Source of the DNA: the human T2T-CHM13v2.0 reference genome, Homo sapiens | Assembly (NCBI RefSeq): GCF_009914755.1 | Contig: NC_060946.1 | Direction: 5' to 3' (one strand) | Length of the DNA: 64,000 bases | Shown: piece after piece, positions 48,641 to 64,000 of the stretch | Layout of the letters: each line of letters starts with the position of its first letter | How positions within the stretch are numbered: position 1 is the first letter of the stretch | Notes under the pieces: generated by a model | What the model was told of the DNA's origin: nothing | Databases searched by the model: none | The model's input: only the letters and a program-made list of their open reading frames with translations | Made by a program: the position numbers and the translations under genes

Positions 48641-51230
48641 ACCCAAAAAGATAAGAAAAACAAGGGAGAAACCATGTGTGAAAGCTGAGGATACTGGAAA
48701 GTATCATACAAATGTTCATTATTTTAGAAAGTAACTGCTGTCATCTCTGCCTTTTTGCAGAGCAGAGGAGGGAAGGGTGGCCAAATTTTCTCCCCAGAAG
48801 TTAGGGAGCCCCACCCAGGAGATTAGAGGTAGGGGAATTGGGAGGGCCAAAGACCCTGTGCCGGCGTGTTTCCTGTTTCCACCTTTGAGCGAGACAGGAG
48901 TGGCTGCCCACAGCCCTCCCAGCCGCTCACTGTATTGATCTGTTTGCCTTGATTTGGTGGTGGTGGGCCGTGGTTGGTAAGGGCAGCTTTCTGCCGGCCT
49001 CCGAGCTGCCTTCGGGAGGCTGTGGCGTTGGAATCCTCAGCCCAGGATCTATGCTGGGATCTGGCATGGGCAGAGAGGGATAAAGCAGGAAGGTGCAGAG
49101 GCTTCCTTGTTCCTAAAGCGGGGGTCCCCTGAGGATGTTCCCCACACACGGTCATCCTGAAGGGCCAGACTGCTGCACAGGCCCAGCCCAGAGAGCCCCA
49201 GGGCAGCCTGGAAAGACTCCCCAAGTTCTTTTAGTTCTGGAGAACTAAAGCTTTCATTGGAACAAGAGGGTGGAGCTGCTGATGGTTAACCCTGATGTAA
49301 TCATTGCCTTGGGCTGTGTTTCCCTCTTTGGGGAAGAGGGAGGGGAGAGTTGGCTCCTCTGAAATCCGATACTTTGGGTCCCTGAACCTCTGAGGATGGG
49401 TGTTTCCCAGAAAGTTCAAAAGTAGAAGTTGGGGCCTCAGTAAACTTCATGACCTTCTCTTGAAGGTTCACGGTAGCAAAGCCAGTTCTGTTGGGTGGAG
49501 GTCTCCAAAAGTCCAGGCCACTGGCGGGTGGAGGGATCCCATGCGGCTGGGAGCCAGGAGCCTGGGAATCGTCATTTTTGCCCTGGCCATCTCTTTCCTA
49601 GCTCACTGGGTGACGTGGGGTACATCATTTAGCTTTGCTGGGCCTCTGTTTCTGCATCTCTAACATGGGGATAATTCTTGCCTTCTTATTTCCACAAATT
49701 GTTCTGAGAACCTAGTTCAAGGCTATGAGAAAGCACTTTGAGAAGGGTGAGTGATGCGTGCAGTAAAAGGGATTTCTCTGAAGAAGGGCTAATGTTGAGT
49801 GACGGGATCGGTGCCCTGTGTGCCATTTCGTTTCGTTAATCCAACCCTCAGCACCTTGCAAAGGAAGAGATATTTTCCCTGAGGCTCCGGGAAAGCATAA
49901 GGTTGCAGAACTCAGAAGAGGCTGGGGGAGATTCCACCCAGGTCTCAGCTCAAAGTGGTGTCCATCCACGGCAGTTGCCCTTGGGAATTGTCCTCTGGGG
50001 CCATCTCTTCCTCTAAAACTTGCAGAAACATTCAAAGTCTGTATGTCGCCAGCCAGGCCCTGGGAGGCTCTTGGACCAGTTCTAGAGACAGACAAGTACA
50101 CAACTGCCAGCTGGTCCACTCTGTGCTAAGGCTGGGGAAGAGGGTTCCTCCTGCCTAGTGACATTGAGGCAGGTAACACAGGGAAGCTGGGTACAGGTAG
50201 TTTCTCCAGAGACCTAGATTGTCCTCTTTATGGCCACTTTCTGGCCCCCTGGGACTTACGCCCCTCCCTGACAGGCTGAGACCTTGAAGTGAATCCTAGC
50301 CCAGCAACTGTCAGTCCCCCCATCTTCTCACCCCCAGGGATGCTGCCTCACCTTGGCTGGTGGCCAGATCTGCCTCCCTTTTCTTAGAGCGTGCAAAGCA
50401 GAGCCTATTTGGGGACAAGCTTCCAATCCAAGCTGGGGGAGGTGGGGAGGAGGGCAGAGAACAAATGAGCCCAGGGCTGCGTCCTAGCTGACCACCTGCC
50501 CCCTGCTCAGGGGGGGGTGTCCTGAGCCACCCCCAAGGCTGAGTCATTCTAGCTATCCCTGCCTGCCCCCACCCCCACACACCATGCCAGGTGCCATGAC
50601 CAGCCGGCCTCAGCTGGAGCTGCTGCCCTTCCCAGTTTCCTTGTTCATTCTCTGAAATCAGAGTCTGTGGACTTGCTAATGATCCCATAATCTTAGCCCT
50701 GGAAGAGAGCCTATGGCTTTTCTAATTATTAGTCTCTCTGGCCCAGGTTTCCAATAATCTGGAAACATATGCACGCCGGGGCACAGTTTGCACGCCGGTC
50801 ATCATTCTGCTGGGCTCCTTGCAGTCCTGGCAAGGCATGTGGGAGGCTCCGGATAAGTGTTATTTTATTTATTTATTTATTTTTCAGCAGTGAGTCAGGA
50901 GATGGGGGTGCGGAGGTGGGACCCAGAACTCTCTACCTTTCAGTGGGCCATTGAGGACAGACTATGAGTTTCCCGAACTCACCCGCCTGGGAGGGCTCCC
51001 AGATGGCCTGGAGATTCCTTGCATTTGCTCATTCACTCACCATGTTTCACTGAGACCCAACTATGTGCCAGGAACCAGAAATTTACAGAGGAGTACGGTG
51101 AGAATTCTGCCTTAAGTCTAATGGGGGGTGACAAAAAGAAACTAAATTTCAGCACAGTGGTAGGGGTGGGGATATTGATAGCTATTACTTATTGGGCATA
51201 TAAGTGCTAGGCAAATGCCAGCCCTTTTAG

Positions 51231-51731
<501 letters not shown>

Positions 51732-52950
51732 TATTCCATTTAATTTTTTTACAACAATCTAGCAGCTTTTCATTTTACGGATGAGGAAACTGAGGTTCAG
51801 AGAGGATAAGGTCACACCACCAGTAAATAGGATGCTAGATGGGAACTGAGATGTGTCGATTCTCAGGCTTGTGCACCTGTACTGAGCTCCAGGTGAACAG
51901 CGGCTTCCTGGGAATTGATGGCTGAATCAGCCAGTTGTGGAAAGGCAGGGCAGGCTGTGTACAAAACTGGAGGCCCAGGACACGTGGACTCACACTGTTT
52001 CCATCACTTGAATGCCCTCCTGATCACTTTCAATCATATCCCTCCCTGCACTCTCAACTTGCCTCCGTAGGGAAGCCCTCCCAGGTAACATCATCTGGCA
52101 ATAGCCACAGAGTTATCCTTGCTGCGTCTCAGCACCTCCCAGGCAAACTGCCAACTCCATTTGTCTTACCCTGATAGATCAATCAAGAAATACCTCGACA
52201 GATATTTCTTGAGCCCTGCCTCGCTCTGTCCATGTACTTGAGAGCTCAAGGCTAGTAACACCAACCAGCAGATGATCCTAAAAATCGCTTGTGTATCTTC
52301 TTTGGATTTTTTTTAGCCACTGATTTATCTTTCTAATTATGTTTGGCTTTAAGCTAATGTTAAAATGAGCTTGCATTAGATAATTTTCACTAATTAACAC
52401 CAACTTAGTGCCGGGAAAGTCATCCCAGAAGCTTGCCGTGGGGCAGGGAAAAGCTGGCCTAGGATCTTACAAAGAATTGCTCTGCCTACTCCCTGGCAGG
52501 TCACAACACGTGGCTGTTCACAGCTGAATTAGCTGGCCTTGCTCACATGGGTGCCATCTGTCTTCCTCCTCTGGAGAGCCAGCCTGGGTCTCCTTTGTAC
52601 ATACACCCTCCTTCATTCAACCTTGTCGAGAGTGATGGCCTCACTGGATCAGCTCGACAGGGAGTGAGCCCCAGGGGTTGCAGCAGGGAGACCTGACCTG
52701 CAGGGTCGGAATCAGAGCCCCACACTGAGGTAGAGGGCTCTGGGAGAGGAAGCGGCCTGGCTGGGTGGAATTGGGCTCTGCTGCTGCCAGTGTAGGGAGG
52801 GAGCCCAGTGTTTTATGATGTCTAATTAGTGAGTCCAAGACAATGGAACGCGGCCACAGATAGCTGGGAAGCCCCAGCGGACGACGCACAGATGCTCTGC
52901 TGCTGGGGTGGGGGCAGCCTCGCCTCCAAGTGGGGAACAAGACCCTGTTG

Positions 52951-53337
<387 letters not shown>

Positions 53338-54208
53338 CTATGTGGAGGCATTCTGTTTAGATCGATGGCAGGGCTCTGTCCCCCACCCCTCCTGGATAGA
53401 TGGGGAGACACCCTCATGTGCCTAGACAGACACAGCACTGGGCAGACATGTGTCCTAGGGAAGGCACACACTACACTGGGGACTGAGGACAGAGGACAAT
53501 CCTGGGACAGCCCTGGGAAGAGTGAAACAAGGACCTCAACAAAGAGCATTCCCATCACTACAGGCTTAGAGAGTGACTGTGTGAGTTAAGGCACAAGCCG
53601 GGGCCTGCTGGGTGAGTTTGGAGAACATCAAATAATCTTGTGGGGTATGAGCTGATTATCTGGGGGAAAGTGGATAAATGCCTCTTTGGGTTGGACGCAC
53701 ATGAAGGGTCTGCAGCCAAGCTGAGGGCCTTGGACTTGGCTGTAGGCGGAGTCCGGAGCCGCTGAGTGGGCAGGGAAACGGGGAAACAGGGCACTTGGGT
53801 TGTGTTACGGGGTCCGTCTGCCAAGAGGGGAACAGTCAGGGCAGCGTGAACTAGCATTGCTGCACGGTGACCCTGAGCACCTCCTGTGTGTCAGGCCCTG
53901 TCCCAGAGGAAGGGCAGAGCTCAGCCAGCTGGGGCAGGCACCAGGCAAGATTTTATCTAGGCTTGATCACATTTCTTTTCATCTTCATAGAACCATGAAG
54001 TAGCCTCATTTTACAGGTGGAATTCAGAGGGCTTAAGTAACTTGCACAAGGCCTCACAGCCTGCGTGGAATCTGTGGCACTTTCCCCACTGCAGTACACT
54101 TCCGTACTGTTGGATCGATGTGAATCTAGAGACCAGGGATGGAGGAAGTTAAAGGGGTGTTCTGTGGGGGTCTTGCAGCAGGAGCCCCTCCTGCGGGCAG
54201 CTGTGCAG

Positions 54209-55310
<1,102 letters not shown>

Positions 55311-58238
55311 AGGGTATGTACATGGGGAACTTAAGAGAAAGTTTGTTGTTTAGTGGTTCCCACTCTACTGGCATAAACATTGGTGATAATTCAGATGGGG
55401 TCTGTTGCAGTCTTGGTGACAGTCTTTGCAGTGTACCCAGAGTACTTAACGACACCCTCTCCTGGATGCATCGTCTCCACAGAGCACCTTTCTGTGCTCT
55501 GGTGGCAGCTGTGCCAGTTAGAAGTTGCACTGGTTCCCCGCAGCCTGCCTTGAGATACTTTACTCTGGCAGCGGTTTTCTTAGCCGTGCATTGCGACATT
55601 CAGCATATGGGTGTAGACACCCGGTATGGCTGGGTGAACGGTTCATCTTGTGGGTTCTTCCTTAATTGGGCTGCCCTTCCCCTCTATTAGTTCAAGTTTT
55701 GACCTTTCTGGAAGTGTCGTGTTCCCTGAGCTTTAATCAGCACCGTTGGCAGGGCCTGCTGGGCACGGCATTGAGCAGAGGAACGACATCCCCACCTTGA
55801 TGTCTGTGCCGCGGGAGGCGCGGGCTGCCTGGCTCCTCGGGAGCTCAGCGGCCCCCCCATGGGCTGTCTCCTTCTTTCTCGCCCCCTCTCCTGAAGTGGT
55901 GGCCCCTTTGTTCTGGGCTCCATCACTGAGGAGAGAAGAGGGCACCTGCATTTACCCATCGCTCACAGCAGGACAAGTACCGCGCTGTTGCAGCATCTCA
56001 TTTAAAGCTCAGAACAGCCCTGTAAAGGCATCACCTCCCCACTCTAAAATGAGGTAACTGAGACCCAGTAGATGACTCACTCCAAGCCAAACAACCAGTG
56101 TGACTTTCTGCTTCCAGACCATATATTATCCTGCACGCAGCAGCCTTCACTCAAAGTGGGACGTCCCCCTCGTGCATTCAAGTGACCTGAGTGGGGGTGG
56201 AAGACGGAGGCTGCTGTTAAAATGCATTTTCTTGGGCCTTTGCTGAATTCGAGTCTTTGAGGATGGGGCCCTAGAATCTGCATCTTCAATACGCATACCC
56301 ACATCCCTGCTCCCAGGTGATTCTTTACACACTGAAGTTTGACAACCTGCCCCATAGACCTTGATCCTCTCTTTGGGGAGATCAGAAAAGGAGATTCCAC
56401 AGCTGGAGATGTGTGAGTCAGAGGCTGCAGGCAGACCCAGCTCTACCCTCTGTGGGAAAGGGAAGAATTGCCCTCTGGTCCCAGATAGACTAACTCCCCT
56501 GGGCTGCCACACAGACGGCCATTCTGGGAGACAGCAGTTTGACCTGTTTGCTCAGCTGCTGTCCTTTCCACCCTGAGAGACTTAGGGCTTCAGATGTGGG
56601 GAGTTCCCCCCATTTGCCTTATAACGATCCCTCATAACTGCACAGCGTTTTTGTGGGATTTCGTGGGCATGATCTCATCCGAGCCTTCCAACAGCCCTTG
56701 GGAGGCAGGCAGGGCAGGTGTGGGAGGCGACTCGGCCCCAGGCGCACATGGGTAGGTAATCAGTGGGAAAGTGTCCCTAGCTGCTTCCCTTCCTTCCCCA
56801 GGATAAGTGACTGTCACCAAAAGGCCCCCCCGAGATCAGCAAGCTTGGCCTGTGGCCTTTTGCTTTTTCACACCCACAGAAGGGGTGAAGCTGGGGCTCT
56901 TTGCAGGCAACAGCAGCCGCACCCGCCCGAGTCCTGAGCTCCACGTCAGCAGGGCAAGGGGACGGATGGTGTTGTCTTTCTCTGGCCATGCATCTCAGTT
57001 TGCATCCTGCTGTGCAGGATGAATTGGAGGGCAGAGGTGAGTAGGAGAGAGCAGTTAGGAAGCTCATCAAAGCATGGTAGGAAAGGAGGAGAGTCCGAGC
57101 TGGGGCGGTACCAGTGGGGACAGAAAGGATTAACCCTGAGAAGGTGCCCGGGGTGGGGCCTGCTGGATTCAGTGACTGATGGGATTTGGTCGGTGGGGAG
57201 GAGGAGGAGGCCTGGGCTTCTGGCCAGAGTGACTAGGAGGATGTTGATCTGGGGAGTGCCTGTGTGGCTGAGGGACACGTCCAAGCTGCAGTCGGCTCTG
57301 TGGTTGTGGACACCTGGCAGAACCATGCCTTCTCTAGTCTGGGTCATCCAAACACACGTGGGGTGCAGGGGCCAGGTGGAGCCCTCTTGTCGTTTTTGTT
57401 ATCTAACGGTAATTACGGAGTCCAGAAAGAGAATTGGAAATGCCGGCAGTTTAATTGAAGCTGAATGGCAGGAGAGGGGCATTTGGAGGTTCCCTCCCTG
57501 CCTTCACTCCCCGTCCTGCCGCCCAGGCAGGATGTCAGATGAGGAGACGTTGAGCTCATCAAACACCCAATGAGAAGTCTTACAACATCAGAAGCTGTCT
57601 GCCAATGCGCCTGCGACAGCTTATAGAAACTGCTGCCGCCTCGAATCAACCTCTCTCCCCAGGCATTGCACGTCAGTAGGTAACCAGGTAAAGGACGCCG
57701 GGGGTGGGCAGCCAGCTGGAGGGGGCGTGATTTCCTCCCCCAACAAAATCGGCTTCCCTGGGTTCTGAGCCCATGATATCATGTTTTTAAACCCGATTTT
57801 CCATCTACACTGGGAGCTTTGAAGTTCGCTCGGTGTGGGGAATCACGTGCTCAGTGAAAGACCCAAGCGGAGAGACTGGGGAGCTGGTTCCCCTGGGCCT
57901 GACACTGCGGAGCTGAATGTCAAAGCAGGGCCCTCAGAGACCAAAGCGGAGGGTAATTATCACTTCTCCACAACTAGATTGCAGGAGTCAGCCAGCAATT
58001 GATTTTTTTTTCTACTTCAGATATTTCATTGTTTAATTGGTAGTGACACAGATGGCTGGCTCGCATCAGGGCGTCACAGTCCGACTCGCGAAAGCCAGGC
58101 TGTGGGGACTGCTGCCTCTCCTGACATCCTTAGGCAGGTGGGGCTAGGACAGGCCAGCTTCCCTGCTTAATTTTTCAACCACAAAGCAAAAGTAAGCTTG
58201 TGAACCTGAGACATGCTTCTGCAAACCGGTCAAGCTGT

Positions 58239-58341
58239 CCTCAGCGACATGAGTCCACTCTAAACTGGACACCTTGGAGTGTTCAGAAATGAGAGGACAG
58301 TGAACTCTTGCCTAGACAGCTCGTGGGAGATAAACTATCAG
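58239..58341 (+). repeat. Left arm of a 103-bp inverted repeat (right arm 59038-59140)
   Basis: 96/103 identity to the reverse complement of 59038-59140 by manual alignment. Confidence 0.95.
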
Positions 58342-58611
58342 CACTAGGAGATGGCGATCAAGTATCAGAGCCCTGGAAACTGCATTGCTGGTGGAATGAA
58401 GCCAGAACTCTGTACATTGTGTTCAAACCCTCCGTATCCAGCCCGTGTACCTTCACCCTTATACCTACCCCATACCTGCCCTGAACTGTGCCAGCCCAGC
58501 TGGAGGACTCGAAGGTGGTTTTGGTTTGGTTGGTTGGCTATTTTGGACCCCAGGTGCAAAGAGCTGATTGTGCACTTTAGTTCACGGCACAATGCCACCA
58601 GAGAGCCTTGA

Positions 58612-59018
<407 letters not shown>

Positions 59019-59037
59019 AGTTTATCTATCAGTGCTC

Positions 59038-59140
59038 CTGATAGTTTATCTCCCACATGCTGTCTAGGCCAGAGTTCACTTTCCTCTCATTTCTGAACAC
59101 TCCAAGGTGTCCAGCTTAGAGTGGACACATGTTGCTGAGG
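59038..59140 (-). repeat. Right arm of the 103-bp inverted repeat
   Basis: Reverse complement of 58239-58341. Confidence 0.95.
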
Positions 59141-59674
59141 CCTGTAGTGTGTTTTTATTTACATGAGTGGTATTAGGCTATAGATCTCACTCTTTAACAT
59201 TTTCATTTGAACTATCCATTTTAAATGGAATTATCCAAGTTACGGCACATGGAACTAGTTCGTTACTTCTGTCTGCTGTAAAACATTCTATCACATTCCT
59301 CACATTTTCCTTACCCAGTCTTCTAGAAATAGACATCTAAGTCATTGCCAGCTCCTTGCTATCCCAAAGAAAGATGCAGGCAACATCTTTGTTCTGGCCC
59401 CCATATAGACCTGTGCAAAGATCCAAGAGATTCCCAGGGGTGCACGGCCAAGAGTGGCTTTGCTGGCTTGTAGCGGTGCACTTGCTTAAATCCACTCACT
59501 TCTGCCTGTTGCTCTACAGAATAGCTGCACCAGTGCTCCCACCCACCAGCAGTGACAACGGTCCCCTTTCCTCCACCTACCAATATTTTGGATTATCCAA
59601 CTTTCTGATTTTTTGTTAATCTCATAGTTTGGATTATCCAACTTTCTGATTTTTCATTAATCTCATAGTTGTAA

Positions 59675-60031
<357 letters not shown>

Positions 60032-60050
60032 TAATGAAGATTGCTTATTT

Positions 60051-60696
<646 letters not shown>

Positions 60697-62602
60697 TTAT
60701 TAGTGTAATTTTATTTGCCTTCATGGTTTGTGCATTTAAGAGATTCTTTCTTACCCCGTGTCATGAAGATAATTTCTTGCATTTCTTCAACTCCCTTATT
60801 AGTTATATCTTTCACATTTAAGTACTTAGCCTACCTGAAATTTTCCTTTACATGTGGTGTGAAGTAGGGATGGATCCACCTCTATTTTTCTCTATGTAGT
60901 AAGCCAGCTTTCCCAGTTGCATCTGCTAAAGGGCATTTTTTTTCTCCACTGAGTTGTGATTCTACCCTATCATACATGAAGTTTTGTGGATGTGTGTGGG
61001 TATACATGTATATATGTGTTTGTGTGTATACTTTAGGTCTCACCATTCTGTTCCATTGGTCTATTGGTCAGTTCCTTCCTACTTAGGTAGTACAAGTAAT
61101 TCAATTCTTATTGCTATGGTGCTGTAGTATGCCTTACTCTCTATAGGACAAGTGTTCCCTTTTAGTTTTTCTTTTTCAAAATGGATGTAGCTATTTGTGG
61201 ATCTTTATTCTTCTTTATATCTTACAAGTATTTGAGTTTCTCAAAAACATTTACTGAGCTTTTTATGGAATTGCATTGAATTTTATTAATATGGAGAGTA
61301 TTCGATTTTTAAAATATTAAATCATATTATCTTTTCATGATTTATTGCTTCATTTATTCACATATTTTAAAATGCCCTTTAGTAGAGTTTCCAATATTTC
61401 TTCCTGAAGGTATTTATTTCCAAATGCCATGTGGTTAGGTTTTAACTGTGAATGGATCTTATTTTCTTTCTTTCATTCCTTCTTTTATTTTCCTTTTTTC
61501 TTTCTTTTGGTTGATTATTGCTGGAATAGAAGAAGGCTATTGGTTTTTGTTAAGTTTTTCTTGGATCTGGCAATTTTGCTGAATTCTCTTATTAATTCTA
61601 ATTGCTTTTTTCTTTATTCTACTGGATTTTCTATGAAAATTGTATTCTTAAATACTGGTAGTTTTGTCTTCTCTAATCCTTATGTCTCTTATTTCTTTTC
61701 TTTTTTTTTTTTTTTTTTTGTCTTATTGCATAGGTGAGGACCTCCAATACTATGTTGAACTATAGTAGTGATAGTGAGTATCCTTCACTTGCCTGAGACT
61801 TAAAGGGAGTACATCATAAATTTCTCTGTTAAGTAAAATGTTTCATGTGGGTTTTTGGTAGATAGAGCTGACCAAGTTAAGGAAGATCCCTCTTATTCCT
61901 TGTTTTCTGAGAATTATAATCACAAGTAGGGATCTCGCTTTATTAAATACTTTGTAAAATTATTAAGATAATTATGATTTCTTCCTCTCGACCCCATAAA
62001 TGTTTTAAATTAAAATGATACCATTTCTGATGCTGAGTCACCCTTAACATTCTTAGGATAAACTTTACTTGCTTATGGTATATTTTGAGTTCACTTTTTT
62101 AAGTGAACTCTCATGTCATGTGCATTTTCAATTGCATTAGCAGATAATTGGCCTTAATATTCTTTTTTACCATGTTTACAATTCCTTAAATTTCTATTAT
62201 GTCTGTAGTAATTTCTTCTTTTTCATTCAGTATTTTATTTACATCTCCTCCTTTTTTGTCGGTTTTGCCAGAAGTTTGTCTATCTTGTTCAGTCTTTTTA
62301 AACAGCCGGTTTTTGATTCAGTGTTCCTGAAGTACCTCCCAGCAATCCCATCTCTAGGAAGCAGTGAAATGAAGACCCTGGAGCCACCTAGGACTGAGTT
62401 CCTTGCTCTGTCACATGGCAGCTTTATAACCTTGGACATAGGACTTTGCCCCCTATGTGTTTACTTCCTCAATTGTAAAGTGGGAATAACTCTTTCTCAA
62501 AATAGTTGTGAGGATCAGATTAGAAAATTTACCTAAAGCACAGGAAACAGCCTAGAGTGCACTGAAAGTATTTAGTACATGTTAATTCCCATCCTCAGTG
62601 CC

Positions 62603-63022
62603 TGTATTAGTCAGGGTTCTCCAGAGAAACAGAACCAACTGGATGGGCATGTTTGTGTGTGTGTAAGAGAGATCCACGGAGAGACAGAGATTGATTGATT
62701 TTAAGGAATTGGTTCATGGGATAATGGAGATGCGAGGCCAAAGCCTATAGGATAGGCTGTCAGGCTGGAGATGCTGGGAAGAGCCGCAGTTTGAGCCCAG
62801 AGGCAGTCTGCTGGCAGAATTCCTTCCTGCCCAGGGCAAGTCAGTCTTTCTTCTACTAAGGCCTTCAGTGGATTGGACGAGACATACCCACATTATGGAG
62901 GGTAATCTGCTTTTCTCGAAGTCCAGTGATTTAAATGTTAACCTCATCCAAAAAACCACTCTCATAGAAACATCCAGAATAATGTTTGCCCAGCCAAGCG
63001 AACACATAAAATTAACTGGCAC
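62603..63022. mobile_element. MLT2 (ERVL) solo LTR
   Basis: tgtattagtcagggttctccagagaaacagaacca...cccacattatggagggtaatctgcttt...cacataaaattaac. Confidence 0.85.
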
Positions 63023-63756
63023 GGTCCCTTTGTTTGTGCTGTGCCCTTTCCCTGAAATGCTCCCCTTGCAGGCCCCTGCTAGGCCACGTGACACCTGTAC
63101 GTAGGTTAGAAAAAGGTGACCCTTCCCTGGGCAGACGCAGCTCCCACTCCCCTCCTCAGCCAGTGCCCGTGTGCAGGACACACTCGTGCAAGGCAGCCCA
63201 GACAACCTCCCTGCTCAATTTTTCTCCTGTTCCTTTCTCTGGGTGCCAAAGGCTTCCCGTCCTTCACAGTTCAGCTTCCTTGGTAAAGTCTTATCCTCCC
63301 CTGGCTAGAAGTAATCTCTCCGCTCACCCACTCACCCCAAACCCACATCACATGTCATGTTCTTAAAGGCATTTATCTCATTTATCTCATGTCTTAGTTA
63401 TTTTGTGCAAAGGTCTTGTCATTCCACTTGGATTAACCCCTTGAAATCAGCGTTGTAGCTTATCTGTCTTTAGGTCCTCTCTCTGCCTGTGGGGCTCAGG
63501 AAGAATTCATTCTCCCTTCATGAATGATTATCACAATATCAACCTCAAAGGAAGACTCTGAGGCAAAATTAGTATAGAGAGTTTATTTGGGCCAAGATTT
63601 AGGATGGCATCCCGGGACACACTTCCAGGTTTCCTTGGGGAGGTTCAAGTTTTTAAAGAAAAAAGGATGAAATCAGGAGAGGGGGGGACAACCAAAGCCA
63701 TTGGTCAGGAAGTCTCATTGGTTTACAGAAATAACATTGTCAGTGATTGACTATAC

Positions 63757-64000
<244 letters not shown>

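Overview
Human (primate) genomic DNA, recognisable from the proteins as the GRAP2 (GADS) - FAM83F locus (22q13.1 from recall). The + strand carries the last six coding exons of GRAP2 (2811-18073; SH3-SH2-Q/P-rich-SH3; all GT-AG with consistent phases) and a ~2.2 kb 3'UTR ending near AATAAA at 20305. An intact 64-codon TMA7 retrocopy with TSDs (TMA7B) sits in a GRAP2 intron. Next come ~21 kb of repeat-rich intergenic DNA, the FAM83F CpG-island promoter, coding exon 1 (42005-42493) and 21 kb of intron 1. Most of the rest is Alu, MIR, L2, L1M, MER and LTR remnants, and nearly all other ORFs in the track are noise. I see no new multi-gene system. The best unexplained signals are: (1) three templated-insertion scars with fold-back microhomologies (22579-22647; 31601-31674; and a 103-bp inverted copy of local DNA captured at the 5' end of an Alu inside a shared TSD, 58239-59156); (2) a C9orf72-type GGGGCC array directly before the FAM83F start codon with in-frame upstream near-cognate codons; (3) a 352-codon antisense ORF diverging from the FAM83F promoter with a downstream AATAAA; (4) a pure (ATTTT)16 Alu-tail repeat; (5) an AluYb8 inside a long CCT/CT polypyrimidine tract; (6) a four-layer nested transposon stack. 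Repeat family names are by eye and their boundaries are approximate.
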